A stretch of 44,341 nt of DNA from a virus, in the UHGV virus genome UHGV-0173462. One strand, 5' to 3'. Made by a program: the position numbers and the translations under genes. Each line of letters opens with the position of its first letter. The first letter of the stretch is position 1. Positions 25,334-36,337 of the stretch are shown here, in pieces. The notes below the pieces were generated by a model that saw only the letters and a program-made list of their open reading frames with translations, made no database searches and had not been told where the DNA came from.

Positions 25334-25828
25334 ATGACTGAAAATACAATCAATCCTATTACTACATTAGAGTTCAACGGAGAAGAAGTAGAGGCAAAAG
25401 CTACTTTCTTATTTGATAAAACTGCTAAGAAATTTGCTAAGGACGAGCAAGACGAAAATGGTAAAACAACTAAAGTGTCTGGTTTCAATGCTATCTATAA
25501 TGGCATTTTAGAACGTGATCCAATCGCAATTGCTGACTTTTGGGAATGTGCAACGGCTTATTTAGGTAAAAATGCACCTAAACGTGAAGATATCGAAAAA
25601 ACACTAATGGAAATTATTGACGAAAAAGAAGACTCTATCGAATTATTACAAGGTGCATTGCGAGTATTAAATCATAGTGGTTTTTTCAAGCAGAAATCAC
25701 GTCTATTCTGGACACAAATGAACTCGGCTCCATCTATGGTGAAAGAAGAAGAAAAAGAATCTACGAAGAACGGAATCGAGTTCATGAAGAACAATTACAA
25801 AGAAATCATGGGCGAACTACCTTACTAG
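25334..25828 (+). CDS. Tail assembly chaperone (gpG-like)
   Basis: 164 aa, acidic, between major tail and tape measure genes. Confidence 0.75.
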   Translation: MTENTINPITTLEFNGEEVEAKATFLFDKTAKKFAKDEQDENGKTTKVSGFNAIYNGILERDPIAIADFWECATAYLGKNAPKREDIEKTLMEIIDEKEDSIELLQGALRVLNHSGFFKQKSRLFWTQMNSAPSMVKEEEKESTKNGIEFMKNNYKEIMGELPY

Positions 25829-26193
25829 ATTATTCAGAAATACGGCAGATAACCAGTCAATACATAGGCTATCTTCCTTATGATGAATTAATGAGTTTGA
25901 CGCCTAATGAATGGAAAGACTGGGTTGTAGGTCGTAGATTGGCGTTACTTGATGAACAAGAAACTTTATTATTTGGTGCTCAAGCTAACGGTCTTGTGCA
26001 AGCTGGTAAATCACTTAAACGATTACAGAAGCAATTAGAACGTGCAAGATACGAGGTACGTGGACAGTCAGAAGAATACGAACGTATGAAAGAACGTAAG
26101 TTAGCACATAACAAACGCATTAGAAATGTTCAGAAACAAGGTACACGACGCTTTATGAATTCATTACGCAATACTAGTCAAAAAGGAGGTTAG
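25678..26193 (+). CDS. gpT-like -1 frame extension giving the G-T tail chaperone fusion by programmed -1 frameshift at T_TTT_TTC (25681-25687)
   Basis: The -1 frame is closed by TAG at 25675-25677 and opens exactly at the slippery heptamer, then stays open to 26193 (ORF-track 25891..26193 is its ATG-delimited tail). Confidence 0.6.
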   Translation, partial: WFFQAEITSILDTNELGSIYGERRRKRIYEERNRVHEEQLQRNHGRTTLLDYSEIRQITSQYIGYLPYDELMSLTPNEWKDWVVGRRLALLDEQETLLFGAQANGLVQAGKSLKRLQKQLERARYEVRGQSEEYERMKERKLAHNKRIRNVQKQGTRRFMNSLRNTSQKGG

Positions 26194-26195
26194 CC

Positions 26196-29100
26196 ATGAA
26201 TAAAAACTTTATGGCTCGTATATCGGCGATCATTACAGATTTCCAACGGAATATCAGAAAAGCTCAACGTATGGCAAAAACTGAAATACCCGATGAAATC
26301 GAAACACAAGTCGACGCCAACATAAGTAAATTTAAACGAGCCTTAAATACTGCTAAAGCAATGGCTCAACGTTGGCGAGAACATACCGTTGATATAGACG
26401 GTAACAACAACCCTATCAAACGAGCAATTGCAGTAGTTAAAGAGAAATTACAGCAATTAAGAGATAAAGAAGTAGACATAAAAGGGAATAACAATCCCTT
26501 AAAACGTTCAGTATTAGGTGCTAAGGCTATGTTGGCAACCTTACATGATAAAACGGTAAAAGTTAACTTTGATACAAGGGGAATGACAAGAGCTCAAGTA
26601 TTAACTAGAGCTTTAAGTCAGTCTTTAGATGAATACGGCGACAAAATGGATAGATTAGCTACTCGTATTCGTACATTTGGTACTGTGTTTGGACAACAAA
26701 TCAAAGGTGTGCTAATCGCTAGTTTTCAAGGTCTTATTCCTATTATAGCTGGTTTAGTACCCGCCATCATGGCAGTAGCTAACGCATTAGGCGTAGTTGC
26801 TGGTGGTGCATTAGGTGTAGCTGGTGCATTTGGTATTGCTGCAAGTGGTGCGTTTGCATTTGGTGCTATGGCAGTAAGTGCAATTAAAATGTTGAATGAC
26901 GGAACATTACAAGCCACTGCACAAACAAGAAGATATCAAGCGTCTTTAGAACAAGTTAAGTCAACTTGGGAAGGCATTATCAAGCAAAATCAAGCACAGA
27001 TTTTCAACACACTATCTAATGCTTTAGATACAGTTAACGTAGCTTTAGGGCGTATGAAACCATTCTTAGCAGGTATCTCTAAAGGAATGGAACAAGCGTC
27101 ACAGAGTGTCTTAAAATGGGCTCAAAACAGTCAAACTGCTAGCAAATTCTTTAACATGATGAATACAACAGGTGTTAAGACATTCAACACATTATTAAGT
27201 GCTGCAGGACGCTTTGGTGACGGACTTATTAATGTATTCACTCAATTAGGTCCACTATTTTTATGGACTGCTAAAGGCTTAGATAATCTAGGTAAAAAGT
27301 TCCAAAACTGGGCTAACAGTGTAGCAGGTCAAAATGCTATTAAATCTTTTATTGAATACACTAAAACTAATTTACCTAAAATAGGTCAAATATTTGGCAA
27401 TGTATTCATGGGTATTGGTAACTTGATGAAAGCATTTGCTCAAAACAGCTCTAATATCTTTGATTGGCTAGTTAAAATGACTGCTAAGTTTAGAGAATGG
27501 TCTGAACAAGTTGGTAAATCTGAAGGATTTAAAAAGTTTGTTCAGTATGTACAAGAGAATGGTCCAGTCATTATGGATCTAATCGGTAATATCGTAAGAG
27601 TTTTGGTTGCATTCGGCACTGCAATGGCGCCAATAGCAAGTGTGATATTAAAAGTAGTAACAGCATTAGCTGGTTTCATAGCTAAGTTGTTTGAAACACA
27701 CCCAGCTATAGCTCGAATGATTGGTATAGGTATGATACTCGGTGGTATGTTGTGGGCTTTACTAGCACCAATCATCGCAGTAGGTACATTATTAGAAACA
27801 TTCTTTAGTAGTAGTCTATTCAAAGCTATGACTAAAATGTTAGCTTTTGCTAGAAACACTCAAATACTTAGAAGCGCGTTAAACCTAGTGAAAATCGCAT
27901 TTAGACTTCTCATGAGCCCTATTAGTACAATTATGCGTATCTTACCTATGTTAAGTGGTGCATTCCAAGCGTTAGGTGTAGCTATAGGTGCGATTTCATG
28001 GCCTGTATTGGCTATCATAGGCGTTATCGTTGCTTTAATAGGTATTATTGTTTGGTTATGGAAAACGAACGAGAATTTCAGAAAAACTTGTGTTGAAGCT
28101 TGGAACACAATTAAAGATACGATAATGAACGCTGTAAAAACAGTGATTAACTGGTTTAATCAGTTCAGAGCGTCTATCGAACAAACGCTCCAACCAATTA
28201 TGCCTATCTTACAAATGTTAGGACAAGTTGCAAACCAAGTTCTCGGCTTCTTATTCATCAGCCTCATCAATGGTTTAGTAACTGCTTTCCAATCTCTTTG
28301 GACTGTGATTTCAGTAGTATTCACTGCGATAGGTGGAATACTACAAGCTGCTACGCAATTGATTTTCGGTTTGTTTACTGCATTAATACAGCTCCTTACC
28401 GGAGATTTTTCTGGCGCTTGGCAAACTTTACAAACTACGATTTCTAATGTAATGACTACGATTTGGAATACCATATTGTCAATTTGGGGCCAAATTTCTA
28501 ACTTCATATTCAATGTTTTGAACAGAATACTTGGTACTAATATTACAAGTTGGAACCAAATTTGGTCTGCGATTTCAGGTGCAGTTACTAGAATATGGAA
28601 TACAGTATCAAGTTGGTTTTCACGTGTAGTTTCAACTGTTGCTCAAAAAATGATGCAAGCACTAAGTCGTATCATTTCTGGTGGTGCTCGTTGGGTTTCA
28701 AGTATTATTTCTGCGATGAGTAGATTTGTTCAAGGCGTGGTTAGTGGTTTTGTTAGAGTTGTATCACAAGTGGCTTCTGGTATGGGTAGAGCTGTTTCTA
28801 AAGTCAGAAGTTTCTTCGGTCGTTTTACAGAAGTAGGGAGATACTTAATGCAAGGACTAGCTAACGGAATCATGAAAGGTGTTAGTTGGGTAGTTAAAGC
28901 AGCTAAAGGCGTAGCAGAACGTGCAGTAAATGCAGCGAAAAGTGCGTTAGGCATTGCATCACCTTCTAAAGTGTTTAGAGGAATTGGTGAATATGTATCT
29001 CAAGGTTTAGGTATCGGTATCGTGAAAGATGGTAACAGAGCTATTAATGCCAGTCGTCGTTTAGCGAAAGATGTAACTAACGCATTTAGCCCTGATTTAA

Positions 29101-29300
29101 ACACTGATTTAACATCAGACTTAACAGGTGGATTAAATAGCGATGTGAATGCGCATATGAGTAAAGACGTGCGCCATAGCATGCAAGAGAACAATAAACC
29201 TATCGTTAATGTGACTGTTCGCAACGAGTCGGATATACCAGCTATTAAATCTTACATTGAAGATTCCAACTCAAAAGACGCAAGTTTCGGATTATTTTAA
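26196..29300 (+). CDS. Tail tape measure protein
   Basis: 1034 aa, Gly/Ala-rich hydrophobic central segments, coiled-coil N-terminus. Confidence 0.9.
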   Translation: MNKNFMARISAIITDFQRNIRKAQRMAKTEIPDEIETQVDANISKFKRALNTAKAMAQRWREHTVDIDGNNNPIKRAIAVVKEKLQQLRDKEVDIKGNNNPLKRSVLGAKAMLATLHDKTVKVNFDTRGMTRAQVLTRALSQSLDEYGDKMDRLATRIRTFGTVFGQQIKGVLIASFQGLIPIIAGLVPAIMAVANALGVVAGGALGVAGAFGIAASGAFAFGAMAVSAIKMLNDGTLQATAQTRRYQASLEQVKSTWEGIIKQNQAQIFNTLSNALDTVNVALGRMKPFLAGISKGMEQASQSVLKWAQNSQTASKFFNMMNTTGVKTFNTLLSAAGRFGDGLINVFTQLGPLFLWTAKGLDNLGKKFQNWANSVAGQNAIKSFIEYTKTNLPKIGQIFGNVFMGIGNLMKAFAQNSSNIFDWLVKMTAKFREWSEQVGKSEGFKKFVQYVQENGPVIMDLIGNIVRVLVAFGTAMAPIASVILKVVTALAGFIAKLFETHPAIARMIGIGMILGGMLWALLAPIIAVGTLLETFFSSSLFKAMTKMLAFARNTQILRSALNLVKIAFRLLMSPISTIMRILPMLSGAFQALGVAIGAISWPVLAIIGVIVALIGIIVWLWKTNENFRKTCVEAWNTIKDTIMNAVKTVINWFNQFRASIEQTLQPIMPILQMLGQVANQVLGFLFISLINGLVTAFQSLWTVISVVFTAIGGILQAATQLIFGLFTALIQLLTGDFSGAWQTLQTTISNVMTTIWNTILSIWGQISNFIFNVLNRILGTNITSWNQIWSAISGAVTRIWNTVSSWFSRVVSTVAQKMMQALSRIISGGARWVSSIISAMSRFVQGVVSGFVRVVSQVASGMGRAVSKVRSFFGRFTEVGRYLMQGLANGIMKGVSWVVKAAKGVAERAVNAAKSALGIASPSKVFRGIGEYVSQGLGIGIVKDGNRAINASRRLAKDVTNAFSPDLNTDLTSDLTGGLNSDVNAHMSKDVRHSMQENNKPIVNVTVRNESDIPAIKSYIEDSNSKDASFGLF

Positions 29301-29315
29301 AGGAGTGATTGTTAA

Positions 29316-30254
29316 TTGATATTACATGATGTTGAAGTTTACAAAAATAAAGAACGTTTGCGTATCAGTGACAATCGCTTCACTGGTACTGCGTTGAGAG
29401 TTGTTTCTTATGATGTTAAAGGTGCTGGCTATGACCGTAAATTTGATGAAATTGATCGTGTTAACGGTAGATTCCATAACGCTACTAAAGAAGAAAAGAA
29501 AAGCATTTCAATGATTGTGAGATACGATGTGGAAAAGATAGCTTATGCTTCTCATTTAAAAGCGAACATACAAGCCATGCTAAGAGGTCATTTTTATCTT
29601 AGAGAATTAGCAGCGTCTGAAAGTGAAATTAAATTCGAGAATATATTCGAACCTAAGGAACAATCTTTTGAACTAGAATATGTTGACGGTAGGCAGATAC
29701 TTGTTGGCTTAGTTAATGAAGTGTCATTCGATACTACTAAAACGTCAGGTGAATTCACACTAGATTTCGAAACAATTGAATTACCATACTTTGAGAGTAT
29801 TGGGTATAGTACAGATTTAGAAAAAGAGAGTGGTAATTTGAATAAATGGGGTATTCCAGACAAAAACCCGTTCAACACATCTCATAAAGAACGTAGATAC
29901 ACATTCTATGACACTAAAGTGGGCGATGTATATTACGGTGGTACAGCTGAAATTAACCAATTCAACCAAGATAGTGTTGTAGAAATGACACTTGGAGAAA
30001 ATGTCAGTAAAAATGATAGCGACGGTTTTAACTTCTATATGACACATAGTGACATTATGAAAATAAGTGGATTAGAATTGAGAGCCGGTGACGTTATCAA
30101 ATTTGACGGCATTCATGTATATCGTAATAACTTACGTATTGATGATTACAACAAGACGAAGCAACAACCTGTGTTAATGCCTGGTTGGAATACTTTCCAT
30201 ACTACTAAGAAACTTCAAAAAATCACGTTTAAACATAAAAGATATTACTTGTAA
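29316..30254 (+). CDS. Distal tail protein (Dit, siphovirus tail family), TTG start
   Basis: 312 aa directly after tape measure; RBS AAAGGAGTG. Confidence 0.75.
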   Translation: MILHDVEVYKNKERLRISDNRFTGTALRVVSYDVKGAGYDRKFDEIDRVNGRFHNATKEEKKSISMIVRYDVEKIAYASHLKANIQAMLRGHFYLRELAASESEIKFENIFEPKEQSFELEYVDGRQILVGLVNEVSFDTTKTSGEFTLDFETIELPYFESIGYSTDLEKESGNLNKWGIPDKNPFNTSHKERRYTFYDTKVGDVYYGGTAEINQFNQDSVVEMTLGENVSKNDSDGFNFYMTHSDIMKISGLELRAGDVIKFDGIHVYRNNLRIDDYNKTKQQPVLMPGWNTFHTTKKLQKITFKHKRYYL

Positions 30255-30267
30255 GGAGGTTGCTTAA

Positions 30268-32124
30268 TTGCCAATATTATTAAAAACGTTACAGGGCATT
30301 GGGCAATCCCTACCTGTAGAAACAAAATTAAACGAGAAATTAAATGAAGATGGCTCCTTAGAAATAGAAATGGTAGAAAACAAAGCTACATTTGACGCTA
30401 TAGGGGCTATTACTAAAATGTGGACGATTACAGGCGTTGGTGGTGCTGATGACCTGAACGAATACCGTATCGTTATGTTAGACAAAACAACTGTAGGTCA
30501 AAAGGAGAAGTTAACAATCAAAGCGCGTCCTGTCGAATTAGATGATCTAAACAATTTAAGAGTATACGAAGTATATAACGGTAGTTTTACAGGAAAAAGC
30601 TACTTCGATTTAGTTTTTAAAGATACCGGTTATAAGTATGAATTACACGCTAAGGTTTCATCTTCCAAATTTGAAAATCTAGGTAACCACGATACCAATT
30701 TAGAATTATTCAAAAAAGGTTTGGAAAGATATAACTTAGAATATGAATATAACGCCAAAACAAAGACATTTCATTTATATGATATTGTTCAAAGAAAAGC
30801 TAACTATTACATTAAAGCAGGTGTCAATGCTAATAATGTAAAAGTCCAAGAAGATGCTTCTAAGTGTTACACATACATCAGAGGTTATGGTGGCTTTGAT
30901 GAGCAACAAACTTTCAACGAAGCCAGCTTGCAATATGAGTATACACACCCCTTAGCTGACTTAATAGGCAAACGCCATGCACCACCTGTTATAGATGGAC
31001 GCATAACTAAAGGGGATACACTGAAAAAAGCTATGGAGTTAGTTATACAAGAAAGTTTAAAAACATCTGTAACACTAGATTTCATTTCTTTACAAAAACA
31101 TTTTAAAGAAGCTGTCCCTAGAGTCGGGGATATTGTGAATGTAATTGATGATTTAATAGGTTTAAATGAGTTTGTTAGAATTATAGAAATCACTACACAA
31201 CGAGATATTAACAACAAGATTATCAAACAAGACGTAGTACTTGGGGAATTCAGATTACAAGATAGATATATGAAAGCAGTAAATACTGCTGCAAATTATG
31301 TTAAAGCTATCAAGTCTAACAAATCTGATCCAGCTAAAGACTTAAGGATGATTCAAGCTCAAAACAACGCAAATACTAAGACTGCACAAGATTTGCAGAA
31401 GAAAACCGATGAAATAAAAAGAAGATTAGAAAGCGCGCATGCTAAGAGTGTTACAACTGCAAACGGTACTATTGTTCACGACTTTACACCTAAGTCTAAG
31501 ATTAGGAAAGTTAAAACAATAGGTACTATTGGAGATTCTGTCGCTAAAGGTACTGGTGCTAAAACTAATTTTACTCAAATGTTAGCTAAGAAGATAAAGG
31601 CTAAATCAACAAACTTAGCTGTTAGTGGTGCGACAATGAGCACAAACAAAGATAATAGCATTTATGAACAAGCGACCAAAATTAAATCTGATTTAATCAT
31701 TGTGCAAGGTACAGATGATGATTGGACTAATGATATTAATATAGGCACTGATAAAACGGATACTAAAACGTTTTACGGTGCCTTTTATAGTGCTATCACT
31801 AAAATCAAGAGTAATAACCCTAACTCTAAAATAATTGTTATGACACCTACTAAACAATGTTATATAAAAGACGGCAAAACCGTAAGAAAAGACACTACTA
31901 AGAACGATTTAGGTCACACTTTAGCTGATTATGTAGATGTTCAAATAGACGCTTGTAACGAACTGGATATACCTGTTTATGACGCTTATCATTCAACACA
32001 ATTCAAACCCAATATACCTTCGTACAGAAAATCGAGTATGCCTGACGGGGTACACCCTAATGAAAAAGGGCACGAGGTCATTATGTACGAATTGATTAAA
32101 AACTTTTATGGTTTTTATGGCTAA
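30268..32124 (+). CDS. Tail-associated protein (Tal-like) with C-terminal SGNH/GDSL hydrolase (esterase) domain
   Basis: C-terminal IGTIGDSVAKGTG (GDS block I), ...DGVHPNEKGH (DxxH block V). Confidence 0.75.
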   Translation: MPILLKTLQGIGQSLPVETKLNEKLNEDGSLEIEMVENKATFDAIGAITKMWTITGVGGADDLNEYRIVMLDKTTVGQKEKLTIKARPVELDDLNNLRVYEVYNGSFTGKSYFDLVFKDTGYKYELHAKVSSSKFENLGNHDTNLELFKKGLERYNLEYEYNAKTKTFHLYDIVQRKANYYIKAGVNANNVKVQEDASKCYTYIRGYGGFDEQQTFNEASLQYEYTHPLADLIGKRHAPPVIDGRITKGDTLKKAMELVIQESLKTSVTLDFISLQKHFKEAVPRVGDIVNVIDDLIGLNEFVRIIEITTQRDINNKIIKQDVVLGEFRLQDRYMKAVNTAANYVKAIKSNKSDPAKDLRMIQAQNNANTKTAQDLQKKTDEIKRRLESAHAKSVTTANGTIVHDFTPKSKIRKVKTIGTIGDSVAKGTGAKTNFTQMLAKKIKAKSTNLAVSGATMSTNKDNSIYEQATKIKSDLIIVQGTDDDWTNDINIGTDKTDTKTFYGAFYSAITKIKSNNPNSKIIVMTPTKQCYIKDGKTVRKDTTKNDLGHTLADYVDVQIDACNELDIPVYDAYHSTQFKPNIPSYRKSSMPDGVHPNEKGHEVIMYELIKNFYGFYG

Positions 32125-32138
32125 GGAGGTCAAAAAAT

Positions 32139-34805
32139 TTGAAATTAGATAACTTAATTACGAAACTTCACTCGTACTTTAGTCAAAAGTTTGTAAGTCA
32201 ACTTGAGAATAACTTCGAACAAATAAAATACTGGACTAATAAAAGTGATGATAGCTTTAACGAGCATTTAACCACTCAAAAAAATGCGCATACAACTGAT
32301 CAAATCAAACACAAAACTACAAAAGGTAAAGATGTCGTATTATCTAATCATGAAAATTATCAAGATGAACTTATTGAACATCTTGTGTTAGGTCATAACG
32401 GTGATGGCAATAACGAATTAAAAGCTAGTCACACATCAATGGACGCTCAAAGTTTCGATTCTTTACACCAACGTCTATATCACGACTTTTTAAGAGAAAG
32501 TAACGCTAGAGAAGAACTAAGAGCCGACTTAACTAAGAAAATACAACGTATTGTTAACGTTGATGATTTTGGAGGAGATCCAACAGGACAAAAAGACAGT
32601 ACAAAGGCATTTCAGGACGCATTAGGTAACGGTAATGTACAGGTAACTATGAGTGGCGGTACTTACCTTACAACAGGTATTAAAATGCCTAACAACTCTC
32701 GTTTGGTAGGACAAGGTAAAGACATTACTACTATTAAGCTAATGGATAAAACACCAGCAGAGAACATAGGTATCACTAACTTAAAAATGAGTGGCGGAGC
32801 TGAAAACATTTCTTTAGAAAGTTTTTCATTCAATGGAAATAAGTTTAGACAAAATAAAACACTTAAAGCTACCGGTGGCTCTCGTTCATCTAACATTAGA
32901 TTTGCCGGTGTGACTAATGGTTATATCTATAACGTTAAGTCGTATGACGCTTTGTTACATTGCATCGATGTAACATATGCAAACGATAATTATTACTACG
33001 AGGGTGATGGTAATCGCGTCCCTTATTCATTAGAAAGTAAACATATATTTATCGATAATTGTGAGGTATATGGTTGTGGAGATGACGGTATTACTACCCA
33101 TCACTCTCGTTACATTACAATTTCTAATTGTTATGCACATACACCAACAGGTGGAAGTAATAACAATGGTATAGAAATTGACGATGGCTCACAATATGTA
33201 TTCTTATCAAACAATAGAACCAAAGGTAACTTCGGTGGTTTAGAGATCAAAGCGCACTCAAATGCAAATGCAGCAAGTGGCGTATTCGTTAACGGTCACG
33301 TATCAATCGAAGATACAAGAGCTTACAACATTCGACACATCGGTCATCATAGAGCTAAAACGGACAATAAAAGTTTGACTGCTTATGACGTGGTGCTAAA
33401 TAATTGCTTAGCTTTAAACCCTAAATACAATGGTGTGTATCCAGGCTCAACACCTAGAGCATTATTAATCAGTGCTTATAGAAATGTTTCTGTAAATAAC
33501 TTTACAGCTATAGGTGATAGTGATTTCGGAAAATTAGAAGGTGGAAAACTAGATAAAAAACAACCAGCAATAGCCATCCAATTCATGTCCGAAAACATCT
33601 CGCTTAATAATATTGATGTGCGTAACTTTAAAAATGCAGAAGTAGATATTAGATTATTTGGCGGAGATAATAGACCGTCTAGAGTATCACTAAATAACAT
33701 AAATATTTGGAATTCATCTAACAATATCGGTATCGGTGTTGGAAGTAAAATATACGACACTAAAATAACTAATTGTAACTTACACGGCAATGGTTCAGGT
33801 ATAGGATTACGTTTGACAAATAACCACGCTATGATTAGCGGCGTCACAGCTGATAATTATTCAACTTCTGCATGGATAGCAGGAGAAAAGTACGACACAC
33901 CACCTACAGTAGGAAAAGGCGGCGCTAGTATAGCGTCTACAGGAAGTGCTGGTGTAGCAAACGCTAGTGCAGTTATTGCATCTACAGGTGGTTCGAAAGC
34001 ATACAGTAATCGTAGCTTTGTATTAGGTTCTGGTGCTAACTCCAAATCTTATGGTTCACGTAGCGGTATTATCAATTCACTTAATTCTGAAACTGATAAA
34101 AAAGGCCATACACAACTGATTATGAATAGTAATCGTGTTAAGTCACCTGGTAACTATCATGTTGTCGCTGGATATGGTTCTAGTGGTAATGCTTCTACAT
34201 CTAACATTAAATTTGATTTAAGCACTTATTCAGGAAACTTAACTTTAGCCGGTCAACTTAAACAAGATAGTGCCGATATCGCAGAGTTATTTGAGTCACA
34301 AAATGGATTAGCAATCGATTTAGGAACTATCGTTACATTAGACGGCGATAAGATAAGAAAAGCGCAACCTAATGACACACCAATTGGCGTTATATCTGGA
34401 ACTGCTGCATTGGTAGCAAATGAAAAAACATTCCACCATAAAGATAGATTTTTAAAAAATGAGTATGGAGTAACGATTACAAACAGAAAACAAGTTGAAT
34501 TTGTAGACGATGAAGGAAATGTTTCTTTCGAATGGCGTGACATACCAGTAGAAAACCCTGAATATAACGACAAAATCGATTATCAATCACGTTCAGAACG
34601 ACCTGAATGGAATGTAGTCGGATTATTAGGTCAAATCTACACGAACATTGAAAAAGACGTTATACCAGGCGACTATATCAACGGTAGAGCAGGTGTAGGA
34701 TATAAAGATAATGTGAATGGTAAAGGTCGTGTCATGAAAATAACTTCTGAATACACTGAAGAACGTGGATGTGCAATAGCATTAGTATTGTGGGGTGCTA
34801 AATAA
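32139..34805 (+). CDS. Receptor-binding / tail fiber protein with right-handed beta-helix (pectate-lyase-like) domain and ASTG-repeat C-terminal region
   Basis: GDPTGQKDSTKAFQDALGNGNVQVTMSGGTYLTTGIKMPNNSRLVGQG and NCEVYGCGDDGITTHHSRYITISNCYAH are typical beta-helix glycosidase/lyase signatures. Confidence 0.7.
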   Translation: MKLDNLITKLHSYFSQKFVSQLENNFEQIKYWTNKSDDSFNEHLTTQKNAHTTDQIKHKTTKGKDVVLSNHENYQDELIEHLVLGHNGDGNNELKASHTSMDAQSFDSLHQRLYHDFLRESNAREELRADLTKKIQRIVNVDDFGGDPTGQKDSTKAFQDALGNGNVQVTMSGGTYLTTGIKMPNNSRLVGQGKDITTIKLMDKTPAENIGITNLKMSGGAENISLESFSFNGNKFRQNKTLKATGGSRSSNIRFAGVTNGYIYNVKSYDALLHCIDVTYANDNYYYEGDGNRVPYSLESKHIFIDNCEVYGCGDDGITTHHSRYITISNCYAHTPTGGSNNNGIEIDDGSQYVFLSNNRTKGNFGGLEIKAHSNANAASGVFVNGHVSIEDTRAYNIRHIGHHRAKTDNKSLTAYDVVLNNCLALNPKYNGVYPGSTPRALLISAYRNVSVNNFTAIGDSDFGKLEGGKLDKKQPAIAIQFMSENISLNNIDVRNFKNAEVDIRLFGGDNRPSRVSLNNINIWNSSNNIGIGVGSKIYDTKITNCNLHGNGSGIGLRLTNNHAMISGVTADNYSTSAWIAGEKYDTPPTVGKGGASIASTGSAGVANASAVIASTGGSKAYSNRSFVLGSGANSKSYGSRSGIINSLNSETDKKGHTQLIMNSNRVKSPGNYHVVAGYGSSGNASTSNIKFDLSTYSGNLTLAGQLKQDSADIAELFESQNGLAIDLGTIVTLDGDKIRKAQPNDTPIGVISGTAALVANEKTFHHKDRFLKNEYGVTITNRKQVEFVDDEGNVSFEWRDIPVENPEYNDKIDYQSRSERPEWNVVGLLGQIYTNIEKDVIPGDYINGRAGVGYKDNVNGKGRVMKITSEYTEERGCAIALVLWGAK

Positions 34806-36337
34806 TGGAATTAGAAAAAGTAGGTAAACTTGATTTAAACGAAGAACCATATTTACAACCGATATCTAATAGAGGTATCGGTTTTTATAATCTCGATAAA
34901 AACACTGCTAAATTTCAATTTGTAGTACAAAAAGACAACAAACCTTTGTTAATCAGCGATAAGAATGTTAAAGGTTATGCTTTCTTTAAAGCTGCGAACG
35001 GAACAGAAGAAAAACGACCTAGTACATCAGGTGTATTAGACGTAGAATTCATTGATCCAATGAAAGGATTAATAGGTGTTACGGTACCTCAATGGTTTCT
35101 GAAAAACGTTGTCGATTCTGAAGTGTTGGGTGAAATTTACTTATCACTCAACGATGTAAACAACGTAGGAAAAGACGACACTGTTGTGTTAGGCACTTTT
35201 AAATTCACGGTACGCGACAGTCTTATCAATCAAATCGAAAGTGATATCAAAGTATCTTATATTCGAATGTTTGATGAATTGCGTTCGGAATTAGAAAAGA
35301 AAGTGCAACAACTTAAGCAAGATATAGGCGATACACAAACGTTGATTGAATCTATTAAGCAAACAGCTGAAGAATACCTCATTAAAATAAACAAGGCTCA
35401 AGCAGACGCTATTGTTTCAATTACAGACGCGTTAATATCGTCTAACCAAAGCATTGACCTAGAGAGAGAAGAAGCTTTAAGACAAATTGATGCTAAACGT
35501 GACGCTATCAAAACGGATTATGATTTAGCTTCAGATACATTCCAAAAAACTTATGATAGCAATGTGGACGCTTTTAATTCAAATGTTAATCAAGCTAACA
35601 CAACAATTGATGAAAAGCTACAAATATTTAATGAAACCCTTGAAAGAGATGGCTTTACTACTCCTGAATATGTAGAAAGTAAGTTTACAGAAAAGGATTG
35701 GCAAAAATTTAAATTAACAAATGATGATGGTACTAATTTTTATGATGCCAACCTACAAATAGATTTCGACAATAACGAACAATTAATGTCTTTACCGATA
35801 GGAACTAGATATGTTGTTCTTACTTTGAACAATCCAGCTGGAACAAATAATAATGGGTGGTTAACAAAGTACAAAAGAAATGGAGATGCTGTTCTAATAC
35901 AATACCAACCTTACAATTCAACTGTAATCTACCAAAAAAGATTTTATAAGAGTTGGAGCAAATGGGAACGTGTTGGTTCAGATGTTGTAGATACTGGTTG
36001 GATTGATTTACAACTAGTGAACAGTGCGTCGCCTCATAACGACTTAGTTTCCAAAGGTGGATTTACTAGTGCGTACAGAACAATCACACAGAATGGAGTT
36101 ACTAAGAAAATGTTACGCATTAATGCTACAACTATCAAACATGGACAGACTATTGCACTTTTACCTAAAGAATTCGTCAAAAACTTAATGTTTTTCTCAA
36201 TAAGTGCACCTAGAAACAAAAACAGCGGACGTATTTCGTTGAACACATCAGGAACAGTGAATTTTGACGCTACTGTAGATCCATCAGCGTGGACTGATAC
36301 AGATTATATTTACGGTCAATATGAATGGACGGAGTGA
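34805..36337 (+). CDS. Baseplate upper protein (BppU-like N-terminal domain) / minor tail structural protein
   Basis: 510 aa, central coiled coil, C-terminal beta-rich domain. Confidence 0.6.
   Translation: MELEKVGKLDLNEEPYLQPISNRGIGFYNLDKNTAKFQFVVQKDNKPLLISDKNVKGYAFFKAANGTEEKRPSTSGVLDVEFIDPMKGLIGVTVPQWFLKNVVDSEVLGEIYLSLNDVNNVGKDDTVVLGTFKFTVRDSLINQIESDIKVSYIRMFDELRSELEKKVQQLKQDIGDTQTLIESIKQTAEEYLIKINKAQADAIVSITDALISSNQSIDLEREEALRQIDAKRDAIKTDYDLASDTFQKTYDSNVDAFNSNVNQANTTIDEKLQIFNETLERDGFTTPEYVESKFTEKDWQKFKLTNDDGTNFYDANLQIDFDNNEQLMSLPIGTRYVVLTLNNPAGTNNNGWLTKYKRNGDAVLIQYQPYNSTVIYQKRFYKSWSKWERVGSDVVDTGWIDLQLVNSASPHNDLVSKGGFTSAYRTITQNGVTKKMLRINATTIKHGQTIALLPKEFVKNLMFFSISAPRNKNSGRISLNTSGTVNFDATVDPSAWTDTDYIYGQYEWTE

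Noticed and set aside
26726-29224. Multiple 60-120-aa minus-strand ORFs inside the tape-measure gene, and similar antisense ORFs inside terL, portal, capsid, Tal, RBP, DnaB, lysin
   Set aside because: These are typical antisense artefacts of long genes (Ala/Pro/Ile-rich mirror sequences) with no RBS.
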